Below, in pieces: positions 1-15,784 of a stretch of DNA of 64,000 nt. How positions within the stretch are numbered: position 1 is the stretch's first letter; each line of letters starts with the position of its first letter. Position numbers and translations under genes: made by a program. The DNA lies in contig CM022679.1 of assembly GCA_012295275.1 (NCBI GenBank), forward strand, positions 18,786,001 to 18,850,000, given 5' to 3'. Source of the DNA: Chrysomallon squamiferum (lineage: Eukaryota > Animalia > Mollusca). The notes under the pieces are model-generated. The model searched no databases, was not told the origin of the DNA, and saw nothing but the letters and a program-made list of their open reading frames with translations.

Positions 1-1579
1 GAAGAAAATAAAGAAAGATTAATCAAAAGTAAACCCTGTCCATCTGGTAACCATCTTTTTCTAATATATATATATATATATTTTCTTAATTTGATTCATA
101 GGTTATCACTGAATTCGAGCTGATGGAAATATCGGTAGATGAATGTCAGCAAAGACATTTTAATAAGACACAACAAATTGCTGAATAATAAAAGCCGACT
201 GCATTCCCATTGCTGTCCCAGGAACGGCATACCTTCTTGTGAAGACCTTCTTGGGAAATGACTAAACAAGAGGAAGTCTTACGTATATCTGTCAATGGAA
301 TAGGCAAACACTCTATGACATAGGCTGGATGAAATGTTAAGCCTTCTTGCCTTCGGTTCGTATTTAGAAGCAGACGGAGGCGAAAAGATCTTGTAGTAAA
401 CAATAGATTTATGTGGGCTATAATTCTTTCCGCGGTCTTTGATCGTGTAACTCTGAATGAACATTGCAATTACTCGTAACCGAAACAGTGATCACTGTCT
501 AAATTTGTTTTACAGTATAATATAATGGCGTGTGTATGAAAATCAACCATAATTAATTTCTAAGCGCAAATCGTATTCATATTAATATTATTAATTATGG
601 TCCAGTTGTACTGTTGTTGTTGTTGTAACATATTAATTTAAAGACTGTAAGATTTAATTATATATCGCCTCTCAGTATTTAGAACACAATCATATATACC
701 TTTTAATCAAAGTATTTTTAACCTTTTAATCTGCCATCAGTCCTTTACAATGAATTATAACAGAAAATAAAACCACAGACTTTTCAAACTTCAAAAGTTC
801 TGGACAATGTAATTGATAATATTAATTAGAGTAGCAGTTAGAGGCTGTAATTAGGAAGCACAGTGGATAAGAATGCTACGATAAGAACAAGATAACAAAA
901 CCGAGAAGGGAGGATATAATGGGACAACAACATCCCATGTAGTGATTTAAAACTGGAAGAGATAAGAAAATGTAGGATAAACACAGACAAGTCTGACATC
1001 GGCAAACAGTTTTTTAGTCAGTCGCAGATTACCAGACTATCAGCATGTAAATTTCGCATGTCACTTGCGAATTTAAACTGTGATATAATAATAAGAAGAC
1101 TATTCTCTTTGAGGGACCATTTGCCTCACTGAGAGGTATTAAATGCTGTTCCTATGATAAGTCTGAAATGCCTTTGCCAAAAAGAAAATACAAATATAAA
1201 GAAAGATGGAATAAATAAATAAATAAATAAATAAATAAAGCGGTTTCCTCATCTTTTAATGAAATTAATTTCTTTTAAAGATTTGTATGTTCATACCGTA
1301 TCTATGATTAATCCCCACGGATGTCCCATAATGCACACTTTCAATGAAATTTCCTTGAAATAATTTCTTTTCATGAAACTTAAATATAGACTAAATTAAT
1401 AAATAAATAAATAAATAAATAAAAACTTTTAAAAAGAAAGTAAATAAATAAATAAAGTTTAAAAGTTAAATATCTCGCATTCCTCAAGAAAGTAGGGAAA
1501 ATAAGATGATCGGGAAAAAACAGTGTTTTCAATTATGGAAAAGGTCTGTAAGTATGATATACCAAGGGATTTCGGTTTG

Positions 1580-1850
1580 TTACGCTCAGACGGGACGACA
1601 CATGCCATATCGAGATGTTAGCAGCGCGACTGACGCCAGTCTTCTCCGCTCAATAAATCTCCCGATTATTATAAGTTCTCCACTTCGTAGTAAATCGCAC
1701 AGGTAGACCGGAGAACCCACTTTTTTTCTGCGCGGAAACGTCACTATGGGATCTCACGGCTATGCAAACGAGCGCTGATTGACTTTGTGAAGGCAGGGCT
1801 AGGATACTAGAAGCGACCAACGTTTTTGAACGCGGTGACTGGCATGTAGA
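1580..1850 (+). promoter_or_regulatory. Candidate BMP3 proximal promoter (GC/CpG-rich island)
   Basis: Locally GC- and CpG-rich block 500-750 bp upstream of the ATG in an AT-rich background; contains TGATTGAC (PBX/MEIS-like) at 1776-1783. The transcription start cannot be determined. Confidence 0.35.
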
Positions 1851-2330
1851 AACTTTTAATTTTATTCGTTACAAGTTCGTCCGTTTTAATCATATTTGTT
1901 ATCATTTTTGGCTAAATCGTCGCTCACTGTGTCATTTTTCTCTCTCTCTTTCTTAAAGGAAAGATTAAAAAAGAAATTTAATAATATTTATAACAGTGGT
2001 TAAAGTGAACGTAAAAAGTATATATATACAGAGTATTTAAGCAATAATACAATATTACTCAGGACTGAGTGCTTGGACTGACATGAGATCATTCTGTGAA
2101 GGATAAATATCAAGCATTTGTTCATATAAATCTGGATACCGGATAAACTGATAGTTTATTTACAAGAATGAGTTAATTCGACAATATTTTTCTTCGGTGT
2201 TGGAATGAAACCGTACAACTGTTGGAATTATCGCAGTGTATATTTATTTTGTGAAATGTTTGTTTTGGCTTTAAAAAGGTGATACCTTATTTATTTATTT
2301 TAAAAATATTTGTTCTTCTCTATTTAAAAA

Positions 2331-2640
2331 ATGAGAATGCAAAAGCATTCCTTAGTTTTAGTTCTGTTGTGTGTGGTTTATCATATTTGCCTGGCTAGGG
2401 AGCATCGAATAAAACCCGTTGAGGTGGGAAAGAGGAACGTCTTGTTACATGAAGCTGTCAGAAAGTTATTAGGATTTCAAAACTCCCCTGTTAGAAATAC
2501 CAGGAAAAAATTACTGTCGAATCCATACGAGGAACCAAAACCCCCAAAATACATTCTCGATTTGTATAAAAAGTATACACAGAATTCGGTGGATAAAAAC
2601 AAACTGGGAAATACTGTACGTAGCATACACGCTGAAATAG
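2331..2640 (+). CDS. BMP3: BMP3/GDF10-like ligand, coding exon 1 (signal peptide and start of prodomain)
   Basis: ATG at 2331; hydrophobic signal peptide (SLVLVLLCVVYHICLA); TGF-beta prodomain motif PPKYILDLY...GNTVRS; donor ATAG|GTATGT at 2640/2641, phase 1, matching exon 2. The track ORF runs on into an intronic (TA)n repeat. Confidence 0.9.
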
Positions 2641-2648
2641 GTATGTAT

Positions 2649-2700
<52 letters not shown>

Positions 2701-3430
2701 ATATATATATATATATACACAAAGTAATAAATTATCTCTATGAATTTGTTTATATTCATAATACAGATATAATAATGATTTGCATTACTAGGTATTTAAA
2801 AGATAAATATTTCTGTAATAAATAAGGCATATTATTAATTTATGGTAGAGAGTCTTAAAACACGATTCTTGTCATTACAACAGAAAAACAATATTACAAT
2901 TTATTAATTAGCTACAGTGTTTTATTAGTTTATGTGTTTTCAGTTGCTGTCGTCAGGTTTCACAAACGTATCATTTAAATTTAAATTCAGGAAAATTAAA
3001 AACTAGTAACAGAAAAGAACAATAGCTAAAAATTAAAACATTTATTATTTTAATCTGTAAAGGAATATTTAATAGGACGCTTTAGCGATACCAAACGAGA
3101 AACAACTTGGACATTTCACGTTTGTATCAGAAGATTTTGCATCAGCATTTACTTTTGTTTTTCTTACAGAACTATTTAATTAAACAGCAGTTTATAAAAC
3201 AAATTTACTTACTAGAAATAAGAAAAACGTTTATTTACATTTATTTGTTTGTTTGTTTTTAATTAAATAATCATTATTATATTAATCGATGTTTTGGATC
3301 TTTATGTTAACAAGTATTAAATTCTCAGAATAACAGTAAATAAATGAATACAAAAATGTATGTCGTTACATTATTTTACGCATATTTTCTGTGATGTTCA
3401 CAAATTAAAGCTAAAGTTTACCTTGACCAG

Positions 3431-3471
<41 letters not shown>

Positions 3472-4552
3472 TGTGAGAGAAAGAAAAAAAAAGAAAAAAA
3501 TTATTATATAGTTAAAGAAATTTAAAACGCACATTAAATAAAAAGAAAATGAAAAAAAAAAATAGTAGCAAAACAACAAAGACAGTTTCGATTGGGCTTT
3601 TTCAAATGAAATAAAAATTAATTCTAACGTCTTTGTTCTCCTCTAAGCAGAGGTGGTTTTCTTTTTGTTAAAAATAATATTTTGTGTATATTTGTCGTAA
3701 TTTCATATCTTTACTCTCGATTCGATGTGATGTAATTTACAAAAGGAAAAGAAAGCAAGAAATGGATAATTGTTCGGGCGGTTACTATGCTTTGGAGTAT
3801 GGCATCAGCGTCCGCAGGAATTTTCCAGGCAAAATATATTGGCATTTATGTATGTTACAAATACTTTTATGATCAACACTAATACCTGAGAAAACGGTGT
3901 TGGTTGATAATAGTGTTACATACTGTATGAAATAATGTTTCCCACCTGAGTATTGATTACTGATGGTAATAAGTCATCACCCAGTTCTGTGCTATATTAA
4001 AATACAGTGAAGATAATAAAATGAGTTTAGCTTTACAGAGTAATTTAAGTACACGGTAGTGTAGCTAAACATATAGCGACGTATCAATCAGTTAATAACT
4101 CATATTCGTCGCTGTATATTTAATTAATATTTTACACAGGCATACACACATACACATACAACACACACATATATGTATGTATATATGTATAAAACTAGGA
4201 GTAATTTTGTGTTTGTTACACCAATGACTGAAATATTTGTTACAGGTTTGTAAATGAATGTTTTCCCAAACGACTTAAGATTGTTATCAAGAACTAACAG
4301 TCAGGAGACGCTTACACGTGCACAACGTGTGGGTACAGCACGGGTGAGCGGTATCAACGTTGTATTATGATACCATCAGCTCCGTGGTCACTATCAGAAG
4401 CACATCTGTATACCTTACAACCTATCAAACAATAGGTAGAACCTTTGATTGTGTCAGATTCAAGTCAGGGAATTGATATTTAGATTTTATAATATATACA
4501 TGTAATTCTGAATTTGTGTGTGTGTGTGTATATATAAAATGAAAATAATTTA

Positions 4553-4557
<5 letters not shown>

Positions 4558-4635
<78 letters not shown>
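4558..4635. repeat. (CT)n microsatellite
   Basis: Perfect dinucleotide run. Similar (CT)n runs lie near 32781-32833, 36158-36243 and 58626-58679. Confidence 0.95.
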
Positions 4636-4638
<3 letters not shown>

Positions 4639-5083
4639 CGAATCTTCAGTGTGGATTTAAATTTAACGCTATTATTATTTACTTCTCACTTGGTTTATTT
4701 GACGACAAAAGCCCTTGTTATCTTTTATAGATCGCTGCCAGGTTTCAATACTGTCGATCTAATACACATGGCTAAGTTCATATTCCATTGTGGATACGGT
4801 GCAGCGAGTACAAGCGACGCGACCCAGTGTATTGTCAAGCACTAACTGGAGAACGGTGTCTTTTAACAACAGCTACTGTTTTGCTCCATATTTCAGAACA
4901 CTGTTAAAGAAACGGCTAATAATCCCATTCACTATGTATATTACCATCTTATTAATATTACTTCCAAAATTAAAGTGATATTTTCAGTTTTCGTAAAGAC
5001 TGGGTTTTCCCTCCATTTGCAAAATTCAGAAATTTTTTATTTCCCTTTATTTAACATTTATTTATTTTGTTTTGTCATTATTA

Positions 5084-5156
<73 letters not shown>

Positions 5157-5477
5157 TGCACATATATCCCCAAAATCAGTAGGCAAATGGTTTATCATCA
5201 AATTCGTTATATTATTAACTAAATGAAATAATAAACAAATGAGGACTTAGTTTTGTCCATAATCACTTACTTTATAACGCACTCGGATTCATTACTAATA
5301 AAAACATATATTAAACATATCAGTTAATTTTTTTTTATTAAATGCAGAATTAATTGTTAAGTTTCTTTAAACTTCTAATTATTACCACTAAGATAAATGT
5401 TTCGGTCAGTTGAAAACACTATGACTGCTTTATCAGTAAGGAATTATTATTATTATTAATATTTACTTTATGAACGA

Positions 5478-5531
<54 letters not shown>

Positions 5532-7569
5532 TATTGTTCATAAAGTCATTCCAAAATCGTTGTATATCTTAAACTATGCAAAATATTATCATACTTTTCC
5601 TAGTTCTAATAATGGCTTAACATTCTGACATGATTCACATAAATGTAAGTCCCACAGGTCACTGGAGGGTGAGTCTAAACGTAAAAACGGTATTAAAATT
5701 ATAAGTAAATTTTCATTGCATTTTGCAATCAGTCAGCCGTCCAGGCATATTGCGTTTGTTGCAGTTTTATGATTTTCCTAATGGACAGAGATGTCAAATG
5801 GTTGATGTTAGAAACATCTGAGTCGAATATTAAATCTTTATTACATTTTTTGTAATGTGCGGTATGAGCTCATGGAGCAGCTATGGTCGCGACATCAAAA
5901 TTCTTGTATCTACTGCCGTTGTCTCCTACATGTTATTTACCAAATACAGGGAAAATGTACAAAATTAATGTTTCACAATTATCATGTTGATTTGATTTAC
6001 GTTAACTTACTGATCGAATCACGACCTAGATAGTGTAAGTCGGTTTGCTAAATACATCTTGTCTGTGTTTTTTGGGGCCTTCATTTAAAACAAAAATAAA
6101 CTGGACACGACTCTGATGTTTACTGTAATGTTTCTTAGCAGTCAGCAGATCTTATACAAGTCGCTTTTTGCATGAATGGGAAATAATCACAAACGCGAAG
6201 TATTTTTCACGTTATTTATGAACTCTCCAGCGCTCGATACAGAACTGTAAATGTCTGTTAGCCAAATATAGGTCATTTGATACTGATAAATATTTCAACA
6301 AAACGTATAAAAACATATTTTGTTCGAATATTTATTGACTAATATTAACTCTAAAAAAGAAAGATAAGAAAGTATTAAAAACATTTAAAGTATCATCATC
6401 ATTATCATCACGATGCAACGAGATAACATTTATAATGTAAAATCTATGCAATGCAAATAATCATATTAACACTTTTGTAATTTTTGAAATGAACTTTAAC
6501 TATTAAAGAAAGGGTAATTACTGTATATATATCTTCATTAATGTCGACATTTCAATGCAGCTTTGAGTGGTGCATGGTTCTCGCTTAATAGAATTATGTG
6601 TTTAATTATGTAATAAACGCCAACTAATATTACGTTAAAAAGAAAGAAAGAAGGAGCAGGCTATTTTTCGGATCAAATACATTAACATAGTTTGTTTTTA
6701 TGTGAAAAGATGAAACCTATACTAACGATTTTTTTCGAGATACTGAATATTGTTGAAGTACAATTCTTGAAAAGGCATTATGGTAGAGAATATAAAGTTA
6801 CCAAAAAAATTCTGATTAATGTTTAAGCTAAAATTAAATAGTACTGAATAAACAAAACTAATATTATTATTTTTGTTGTTTTTGTTCTGCTGCTGTTGTT
6901 GTTGTTGTTGTTGTTGTTGTATTGTACATGTAGCATTCATTTTCATATACGTTCCAAAATTTAAAACTTGCTAAGTATATGTTAGTTTATTTTATTTTTT
7001 ATTTAATTCCATGTATTTATGGTTTACTAAAGAATTCTTTGATGGAAATAGTTAAGAATCCTATACTGAGTTGCATTTCTTTACATTTTATATTTTTGTA
7101 GTTTAAAGTATTGTAATGAGGAGACTGTAAAACCTTAAAAGAAAGTTTGTCAGAGATATTTGTTTCCGCTGTCTTTAGATCGGACAGGTGTTGATGTCAG
7201 ACAGAGACGAAAGATTTCATCTGTATGTGAGACTTACTATGCACTAATCAGCTTTGTATCTACATCTGAGTTTTCAGTTACGCCTTTGATGAAAGGTCTG
7301 GATGGAAGGGTTGGCAGACGAACTGATAGCTCAAGCAAAGGCAATGTAAAAAAAAAGAATAACATTAATAATAACATCTATCTTTCTTACTGATCGTAAA
7401 TATTATTCGTTTAGTTTCTGAACCCGAGTTCTAGACATGCAAGAATACATCGAGAAGGAGTCTTCTTGTCTTAATCGCTTTGTATTGTAGATATGTCTGT
7501 AACTTCCGTAAACATAGGCCGATAGTTTATGTTACTGTTTCTGTTGTAATCCAGTCAAAAACATACTTT

Positions 7570-7735
7570 AAAAATCCGCCGTTTCCTCTGGCACCAAAAT
7601 TTCTTTGATGTGCATTTCTTCATCGAGAAATTATTGGGAAATATTTTATCATTCAGCCGAACGTTTTTCTTGTACCAAAATTTCCTTGAACTCTTTCAGT
7701 GTTTTTGACTGTCGCCCCATATTCCTCACCATATT
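7570..7735 (-). mobile_element. Possible highly decayed Tc1-like transposase C-terminal fragment
   Basis: Minus strand reads MVRNMGRQSKTLKEFKEILVQE, then SMKK and GARGNGG across frameshifts, loosely resembling the Tc1 C-terminus (P.TL.EL...L.EEW...SM..R...ARGG). No TIRs found. Confidence 0.25.
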
Positions 7736-8959
7736 CTATATATCATATTTTGTATGTACATCTGAATTTGGTATATTGATAATTGCACCAGTAGCAAATA
7801 ATTTAAATAAAATAGTTAGTCTAAACTTGTTTTGTTTCCTTTGGTTTAAACGGCAATCATCGAATTTTAGTGTTCTTGTTAACATTAAAATAAAAAATAA
7901 AAATAAAAAAATGGAGTTGGGCACAGAACCTAATCAGCTGTTTTATATCAGCTGTGAATATTTTAGATGTGAAATTCGATCAAACAGCTGAAAATCTTAT
8001 GTGTTCCTGTTTGTCTATTTATTACCCAGAATATAGATATTCACTGAAAAGGCAGAAGTATATTACAATTTGCTAAGGAAATTTTAATGACCCTGCTATA
8101 CATTTTAATGTGTAGCTGTGGAATTTACAATAAATCCTCTCAAATATATTTTTATGAATTGAAATACTGCGGTAGGTGACATTACATTATTTGACGGGTC
8201 TGTTTGTTATTAAAATTCAGTTGTCCAGTTACAAAGAAGTTAAATATGTCTGTGGTAACAAACATGTCATATTTTGTAAAATATTTTATTATAAACTTCT
8301 GCTACAGTTAGCGTCTTAACTGTCAACAGAAAATGCTTTATTACAGAATTCATGAGATTTGTGTATTGAAATATTTCTTTAGACGTTAGCATCAGTAGGA
8401 ACAAACAGTGAAAAGGGAAAAGTTAAAAGCAATGTTGTATTCTGCCTCGGCAAACTGTTCAGATCGATAAGAAAATATTTCTCTAACACAGTCAAAAGGG
8501 TAAGGTATTAATATAATAACACTGACGCGTGTCACAATTTTTTATCTCATGGATTTGCATTAGAGGGCCGGCGCGGGTTGGCACGTCGACCTCGAGGCTT
8601 TATTTCCGCAGAACAACATATTAATGTCAGGTTTTCTAGAAGACGTTAGTGTCGTGCGTGTTATACTCATATACCCAGCGAAATCCAACGCCCATCTCGT
8701 GACAAGACACTCCTGTTCTGTCTTCATTAATTAATTGATCAGTTATATTGAAATCGGTGGGTTATGGGAGATACTTAAGGCGATCAGGAACCGAAATTAA
8801 TCTTTGCTTTTTATTTTGCATGCTATATGTTACACATTACATTCTCCATTTAACACACTTAATTCAGAAACTAATTTAGTAAATTCCTTTTAACCAGTAG
8901 ATCAGCCATTCCGCCACGAAGCGGAGGAAAACTCTAAATAACAGAACATTATTTTCTTT

Positions 8960-9060
8960 CTAAACATCCAACAAAAGAATCTAATCTTGCCTCTAAGCAT
9001 TCAACAACAGATTAACATTTAAACTGAGCATTCAATAACAGAGTGTCATTTACTTTCTGA
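8960..9060. repeat. Degenerate ~31-33 bp tandem repeat (about 3 units)
   Basis: Recurring core ctaaacatccaacaaaaga / ctaagcattcaacaacaga / ctgagcattcaataacaga. Confidence 0.5.
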
Positions 9061-10206
9061 CTCTTCCATTGGTCGTGGCGATATTGGTGCCGTCTTTCAG
9101 ACAGTTCCATCTTTACTAAAGACGTTTAATGTTAGAACAACTTATCTGGATTTGAGACTGTTTGTTTGACTCTCGTTCTTACCCGTGTATGAGAAGATGA
9201 AGTTGCTTTTTATTGATGAATACTATTATCTGGATCATTCTCTCACCATAATCTGTTTCTTATTCGTTACATAACTGATGCTTTGTTCACTGTCTGCATC
9301 ATGACTATGTTCAAACAGTCACTGTGGTATCACTATTATACGATCCGAATAAATAAAGCCTTATAATCCGTCTGTGTTCTTTTCAGTCAGTCTTCTCTTC
9401 TTAAGTATAAAGTATTGTTTTACTCTCAAAAGAAAAGACATATATTTCTTTGGATTAAATAATTACTATAACTGACATCTGCTGGATATCTGCTTTCAGC
9501 ATATATTTCTGAACACTTGATAGAATCGTGTTAAATACTTGAAGTTTGGTGATAAAAAAAAAGAAATTGAAAATAAAGGAACAGTAGATAAAAATTAAAA
9601 TTTTTATTGATTCAGATTTTGGTCGTAAAAGACTTCACCTGCTAGACAGACCTAGGAAACGAGATCTGGTTGAGGAGACATATTATTAGTTAAATCTGAA
9701 ACGAATACTACAGTGTGCATCTAGCACAATTATTACTTTATTACTTTCTGAAATAAATGATTTTCAAGAAACGTTTGCTCACCATGTCGTATTAACTGTT
9801 ATAAAACACCATTAACATATGATTAATGATGTATGGTCTAGAAAACTGAGACAAAAATGAAATAATCCATAATGATATGATAGCTTTCTCTCCAGATAAA
9901 ACTATTCTGAAATATTAAACAAAGAAGCCATATGTAAAACAATGACCATGTATACTGTAGTAATAATATTAAAAGGTAAGTGGTTTCTGGATGCTGCTTG
10001 AAGAAAATCGGATGATATAATTTAGAAACATAATTCGCGTTAACATTTAAAAAGAATATATCTCTAAACTGTCTTAATCACAAAATCTATAAATAATCAA
10101 ACACTAGTAAACAGTCTTTATCCACGCAAATAATGTTGTTACAGACATTAGTTTTCTAAATAACTGCCTGATTAGATTAAGAATCCATTATTGCTATCTG
10201 AGATTG

Positions 10207-10238
<32 letters not shown>

Positions 10239-11317
10239 CCGCTGTGTGCAATCCTTGTTTGAATATTTGTGAAATGGACATAAAGTAGTAGGTGTTTACA
10301 ACCAAAAGGTTTTTACAACAGGACATATTCCCGATTGCTCTAGATTATATCTCGAACATCTACTTTTGGTAAGTTTGGCCTTTATACCTGACGTAACTAA
10401 ATACTTTTACAAGTATGACATCAGACCATGTCATGTATATGTCATGACGATTACTTAACTTGAGCCGTACAAATCGTCTCTACTTTAATTTTTTTTTAAT
10501 TTATTTGCAAAAATCCTGTGTATTTTAACATATTTAGAGTATTCAGACTATTCCTATCTGTATGATACAAATTATAAAACAAAAATTCATTAACTATTAG
10601 AGTAACATTATCATGGAAGTGATTAAAGCATCGGTTGATCCTAAGTGTTATCTGCAATGACAACGGCTTCTTTTGGCCATGTAGACTAGAGCGACGAAGA
10701 TGGCTTCCGTGTTTCAATGTGTAACGCATCAGTGAGGTTACTGCGTACATGCTGACACCTGCAGTTCTAGTTTTCTTGTGACATATATGCCGTGGTTTAG
10801 GATATTACTTTAATAAAACACAATTAGCTATCATGATTTAGTTTTGTGTCTTGATACTTTTTTTAAATAGTTTTTAGAATTGTATGATTTCCTAACTATA
10901 TTGAATAAATGGTGAAAAATCACCTTTTATCAGTTAGTTACTTTGTATTCATCTACACAGGAGGGCAAGTTCGCGACTGCACTGTTTACTAGAGTCTGGA
11001 AGCCAGCTTGGCGCTGCTAAGTTAACCGATCTAACACTGCGCGCACTGCCTTGACTTTCATTTCGCACTCAGACAACAGAGATTAGCAGGGTTTTGCCGT
11101 AAAATGAAAGTAAATATTGTGTTCAAAGGCCAGACTCATTATATGTGTTTGTTATTCTCAGAGTCGCCATGTTATGCATACCCACGCGAAGATGTCGACA
11201 ACTTATAAACAAAATGGTGCCGGATAACGAAAGGGAATTAAAAACGTCTGTGTGAATGTTAATTATACTACTGTGCAACATCACTTTTATCCACATCTCT
11301 TTCTATTTATTTATTTA

Positions 11318-11499
<182 letters not shown>

Positions 11500-13252
11500 A
11501 TATATATTTTATTTCGAACTTTCTTTTCTGCCTCGTTTTCTCGTCTTCATCATTCCCATCTTTGACTTTTTTTGTGTATCTGTTACACTCTAGCTTTTAC
11601 TTTCTGTCGAAATTTTTTGTTATTGATTTATATATTCCTGAATATGTGTATATTTTTCAAATTTTGTTTTGTCTAGCTAATTCAATAACTTTTTACTTTA
11701 AACTATTTTCATCTGTAAAGTACTCTTGTTAAATTAGCTACGTATATAAATTGGATTTCGTCGTCTTTTTAAGAATTGTCCTCGGCTCACAGAACGTTTG
11801 TCAGCTGTCAAAACAGATTGTTTGGAGAAACGAATTTGACTGATTGCGAAATAGGCAGATAAATTAGGTCCCATGGTGCAAAGCATTCATAATAAAATAA
11901 TAATCTTCTTGTGGACTGGGCCTGTCATTAACGTTGCTTATCATTAACATTAGCAGCATGAGTAGATGATCTTGCAATAGAAAGGCCACGTACAGCAGGC
12001 TCCATTTACAATATATCATGACGATGTTATTAAATTTCAATGAATTATAGCAATGAGACAAACAAACCGAAAAAAAAAAAAGTTTTAAAACAAAAGAGTT
12101 AAAGAGAGATATATTTACAGATGATGCTGATGATAAAAATAAAATACTTAGACATCTATAGAAATGAACACCATATCAACAATCATTATTATAATAGAAT
12201 GTAATGACACAAATGCATTTGACCAGTAATTTAAAGAAATGATTGCAACCATACTTTAGATTGAATGTATTATGACAGATCTTTCAGAAAACACCAGCCA
12301 TGCACTGATTAACTTTATACACATACAGCACAGTTACATAGCTTTATTCACGTACTACAAAAACATAATTATACAAAAAATACAAAACATATACTACAAG
12401 CACCGAAAAAAAAAAAAATCCTTCACATATGAAGTAAATCGGAGACATAACGTCCAGATGGGCTGGGTGAACACGCAAATGACAGTCGGTTGTGCGCCTT
12501 TGATGTCTACTGGAGCGACCCCATTATGAATGGACGACAATAAAGATTTACAAAAAGGCGAATTTAAGAAACATATTTGAAATATTGACACCCGTTCACT
12601 TGTCTGGCGCCCTGCTTGACACGTCGCCGCAATATGTGATCTCTCCTATTATAGACTCACATTCCCATAACGAAGTATCGTCTTTATACCGAGCTTTACC
12701 TTGACAGGAGCATTTATATTTCTCTGCGTTTTTTAAAACATCTTCATTAGTGACGTATGTTATGCCACACTAAACAACTTCTTTTAGTGGGCTATACTGA
12801 TAAGATTCCTTGAATTAATTTTCTTTTCTCTTTTTTATCTGTAAATTAGTATCCAAGTAGTACTTGTATTTGTTTATATAGATCAGTTTGACAGGTATGT
12901 TGTATGTTAAATGGAGATAATGGTGAGAGCTAAGAGTTAAGTGACCTAAAGCTATAAATACTTTTCTATTATTAACTCACTAACCTTTGTTACCCGAGCA
13001 GCGCAAGTTTGTCTTATGAATAAAAACAAGATTCAGCTCATTAGAAATAAAAAAATGGTAATTTAGAAATGGAGCTAAATTAAGTAATGTCTACAAATTT
13101 ATTGTGAAAGGTAACTAATGAAATTGTTTCAGATAGATGTTAGTATGTGCTTAGGTAAAAGTAATATAACATAAATATAGTTATTTTTATTAATGTATCT
13201 TCTGAAAGGAAGTTTTTTTGTCACAAAAACCTACTACTACTACTACTAATAA

Positions 13253-13352
<100 letters not shown>

Positions 13353-15784
13353 TCAAAGTTATGAAAAGATATTAAACTGCTACAGATCGAATTCATTGAA
13401 GAAGGTGTTGACCGGACAACCCCGTTTTGACAAAACTACTAATAAGCAAGCCATTCACTAATTGTCATCGAGTACTCGGCTCATTTCGTCAAGATCTGCT
13501 GACAAATTACAAAATTTAGATGTGGTAAACCAATTAGCACAGATATAATATTTGAGGAGGATTTGCGATATTCTTTTCGGCCTATGAGGGATATTTGCGC
13601 TAGCAGCATTAATAGTCAGTGTTCAAACACAAGTTTTTATAACCACTCCCAGACGTAATGGGGTCGTTTTATCGTCTATGTCGACAGACATAGCCCGTAA
13701 GTCACATTTACGATTCATGATGATCCCTGAAGATTTGTACTGACGTATTCACCACTGCTTTGATGTTGTCTACATTTCAAGAATAATACCACAGCCTTAA
13801 GCGGTCATATTAAAGTCCTATTTTTTCCTCTATATAAATTTCTAATGCCGTAAGTCGGTAACTGAGTAGTAAAATTGTTAGTAGCTTTCATAATCTAATT
13901 TGTGATTTGTGAAAGAAAACTGGCAGAAACAAATTGAATATTATCGATGACAATAACATTTTCTTTTTAGTCTCTCTTCTCTGTATATGTGTTGTGTATG
14001 ATAGTGAATGACTATTAGATTTGGATTATATCCTTTATTTCAGACTGGAACTTGTAGGCTTTTTTTTATTGCTATTATTTTTATTTTTTTTCTCCATTGT
14101 AAAAACATCAAAATAAGAAAAATATTTATATGTGCTTTCAGTATAAAACCACAGAGAGGGAATAACAAAACTGAAAACACAAAAAAAGAAGAAAAAAAAA
14201 GAAGAAAAACAAACAAACAAAGAACCGTTTACCTATAACTGCAATTCAAAAACCTTAATCCTTGCTTAATATCTGTTTAAAAAAGAAAGTTGGTTAACAT
14301 TAGTGCCCTACAACACGATTTTGATAATAAATCATTATAAAGGTGTAATTATGTTTTGTATTAATGTTTAAAGAATTATATATTATTAAGAGAATGTGCC
14401 AAGTTTCTTTTATTGTAATATAGAGTAGGAAGTTGTGATCTGGTCTGACATATAAACATTGTAAATTAGGGATTTATTCACTTTTAATTGTGTGCTTAAG
14501 TTTTGTAGGATAATTTAGATAGTTATAAAAGTTATTATTGCTAATATCATATATATATATATCAAGCATTTCTTTTTTCTTTCTTTCCTATATTCGTTTC
14601 TCAAAGTGTCGCTGGAAAATTGGTAGATTTTGTTGTCGGTTATTTTACAGTAAAGCTCGTCTCTGGTTAATTTTTTAATACTGTTTATTTGACAATCTGG
14701 TTTTGTCGATTCTTGTTTCTAATACAGTAGCTTACTCTCATTAATATCCGTCAAAATATCCTTAGCTCAAATGTAGTGGATTACTAGGAGACACCAAGTC
14801 TAAAGGAAGACTGAAGCTGTAACACCAAAGAGAAATAACGGCGACAAGTGGTCTGTTACCATTATGAATGTTTCATAAATAGGATAAAACAGATCACTGG
14901 AATTTATCGAAATTCGTGCAAGAGGTATAATCCGGATCGCACTTGGATTTAACACACCAAAAATTAAAGAGTTAGTAATCAGTTTTCTAATGTAATTGTG
15001 TTTAGTCGAAGATCTTGCTCATGTTTAACCTCTCAGGAAATGAAAAATTGAAAAAGAGAACCAGACAGCGTTGATAATAAAAGTTCGTCTAGTGGAGTTA
15101 ATTAAAATGGCGTCACCATTCTCCTCGAAATACCAAATAGGTGAAACTGTTCGTACAGGTTAGACTTGCAGCGTCTAAATCACGCAACTAAGGATTTTTG
15201 TTTTGTATTTGGTTTTCGTAGTGTAACATATTGTGCCACTGTAGATTTTCTTTACGTCATAAACCTTTATTCGATATATTCATTAAAAATATAAATCAGG
15301 AATGATTTATTGCCATTTCATAAGTATAATGAACATCAGCGAATTATTTCTCATTATAGGTGTTCATCATTATCACACACACACGCACACATACACACAC
15401 ATGCTTAAAAAATCACAAACCCACAAACAAAAGCAGATAACCCATTATTACTACCAATTATTAGGTTTAATTAAATTAACTTGCGAATCTGCACACACCC
15501 ACACACACACACACGTTATTATAAGTATGCGTATGCGCGAAACTGTGTAAGTGTGTGTGTGTGTGTGTGTAAGTGTGTGTAATGTCCACTGACAACAGAT
15601 TATGCTCAAAATCAACAAAAGTACCACAGAAAAAGAATACATTATATTAAATTGTCTTATTCATGATATGTTACGGATTCATTATAATTAATATCACATT
15701 TGTATATTTATTATGCAGGGTTTTGTTTTCAGTTATCAGATTGTATAAAATATTAATTTTTATTGTGTTTTATTTGTTTTTCAG

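Noticed and set aside
146-469. 107-aa minus-strand ORF in a GC-richer block
   Set aside because: No recognisable domain or splice context; it may be a decayed repeat, but I cannot support a call.
2641-2825. C-terminal extension of the 164-aa ORF
   Set aside because: Read-through past the exon 1 donor into an intronic (TA)n repeat.
9060-9420. Possible LINE ORF2 fragment on the minus strand
   Set aside because: Only a vague resemblance, with many stops and no diagnostic RT or endonuclease motif.
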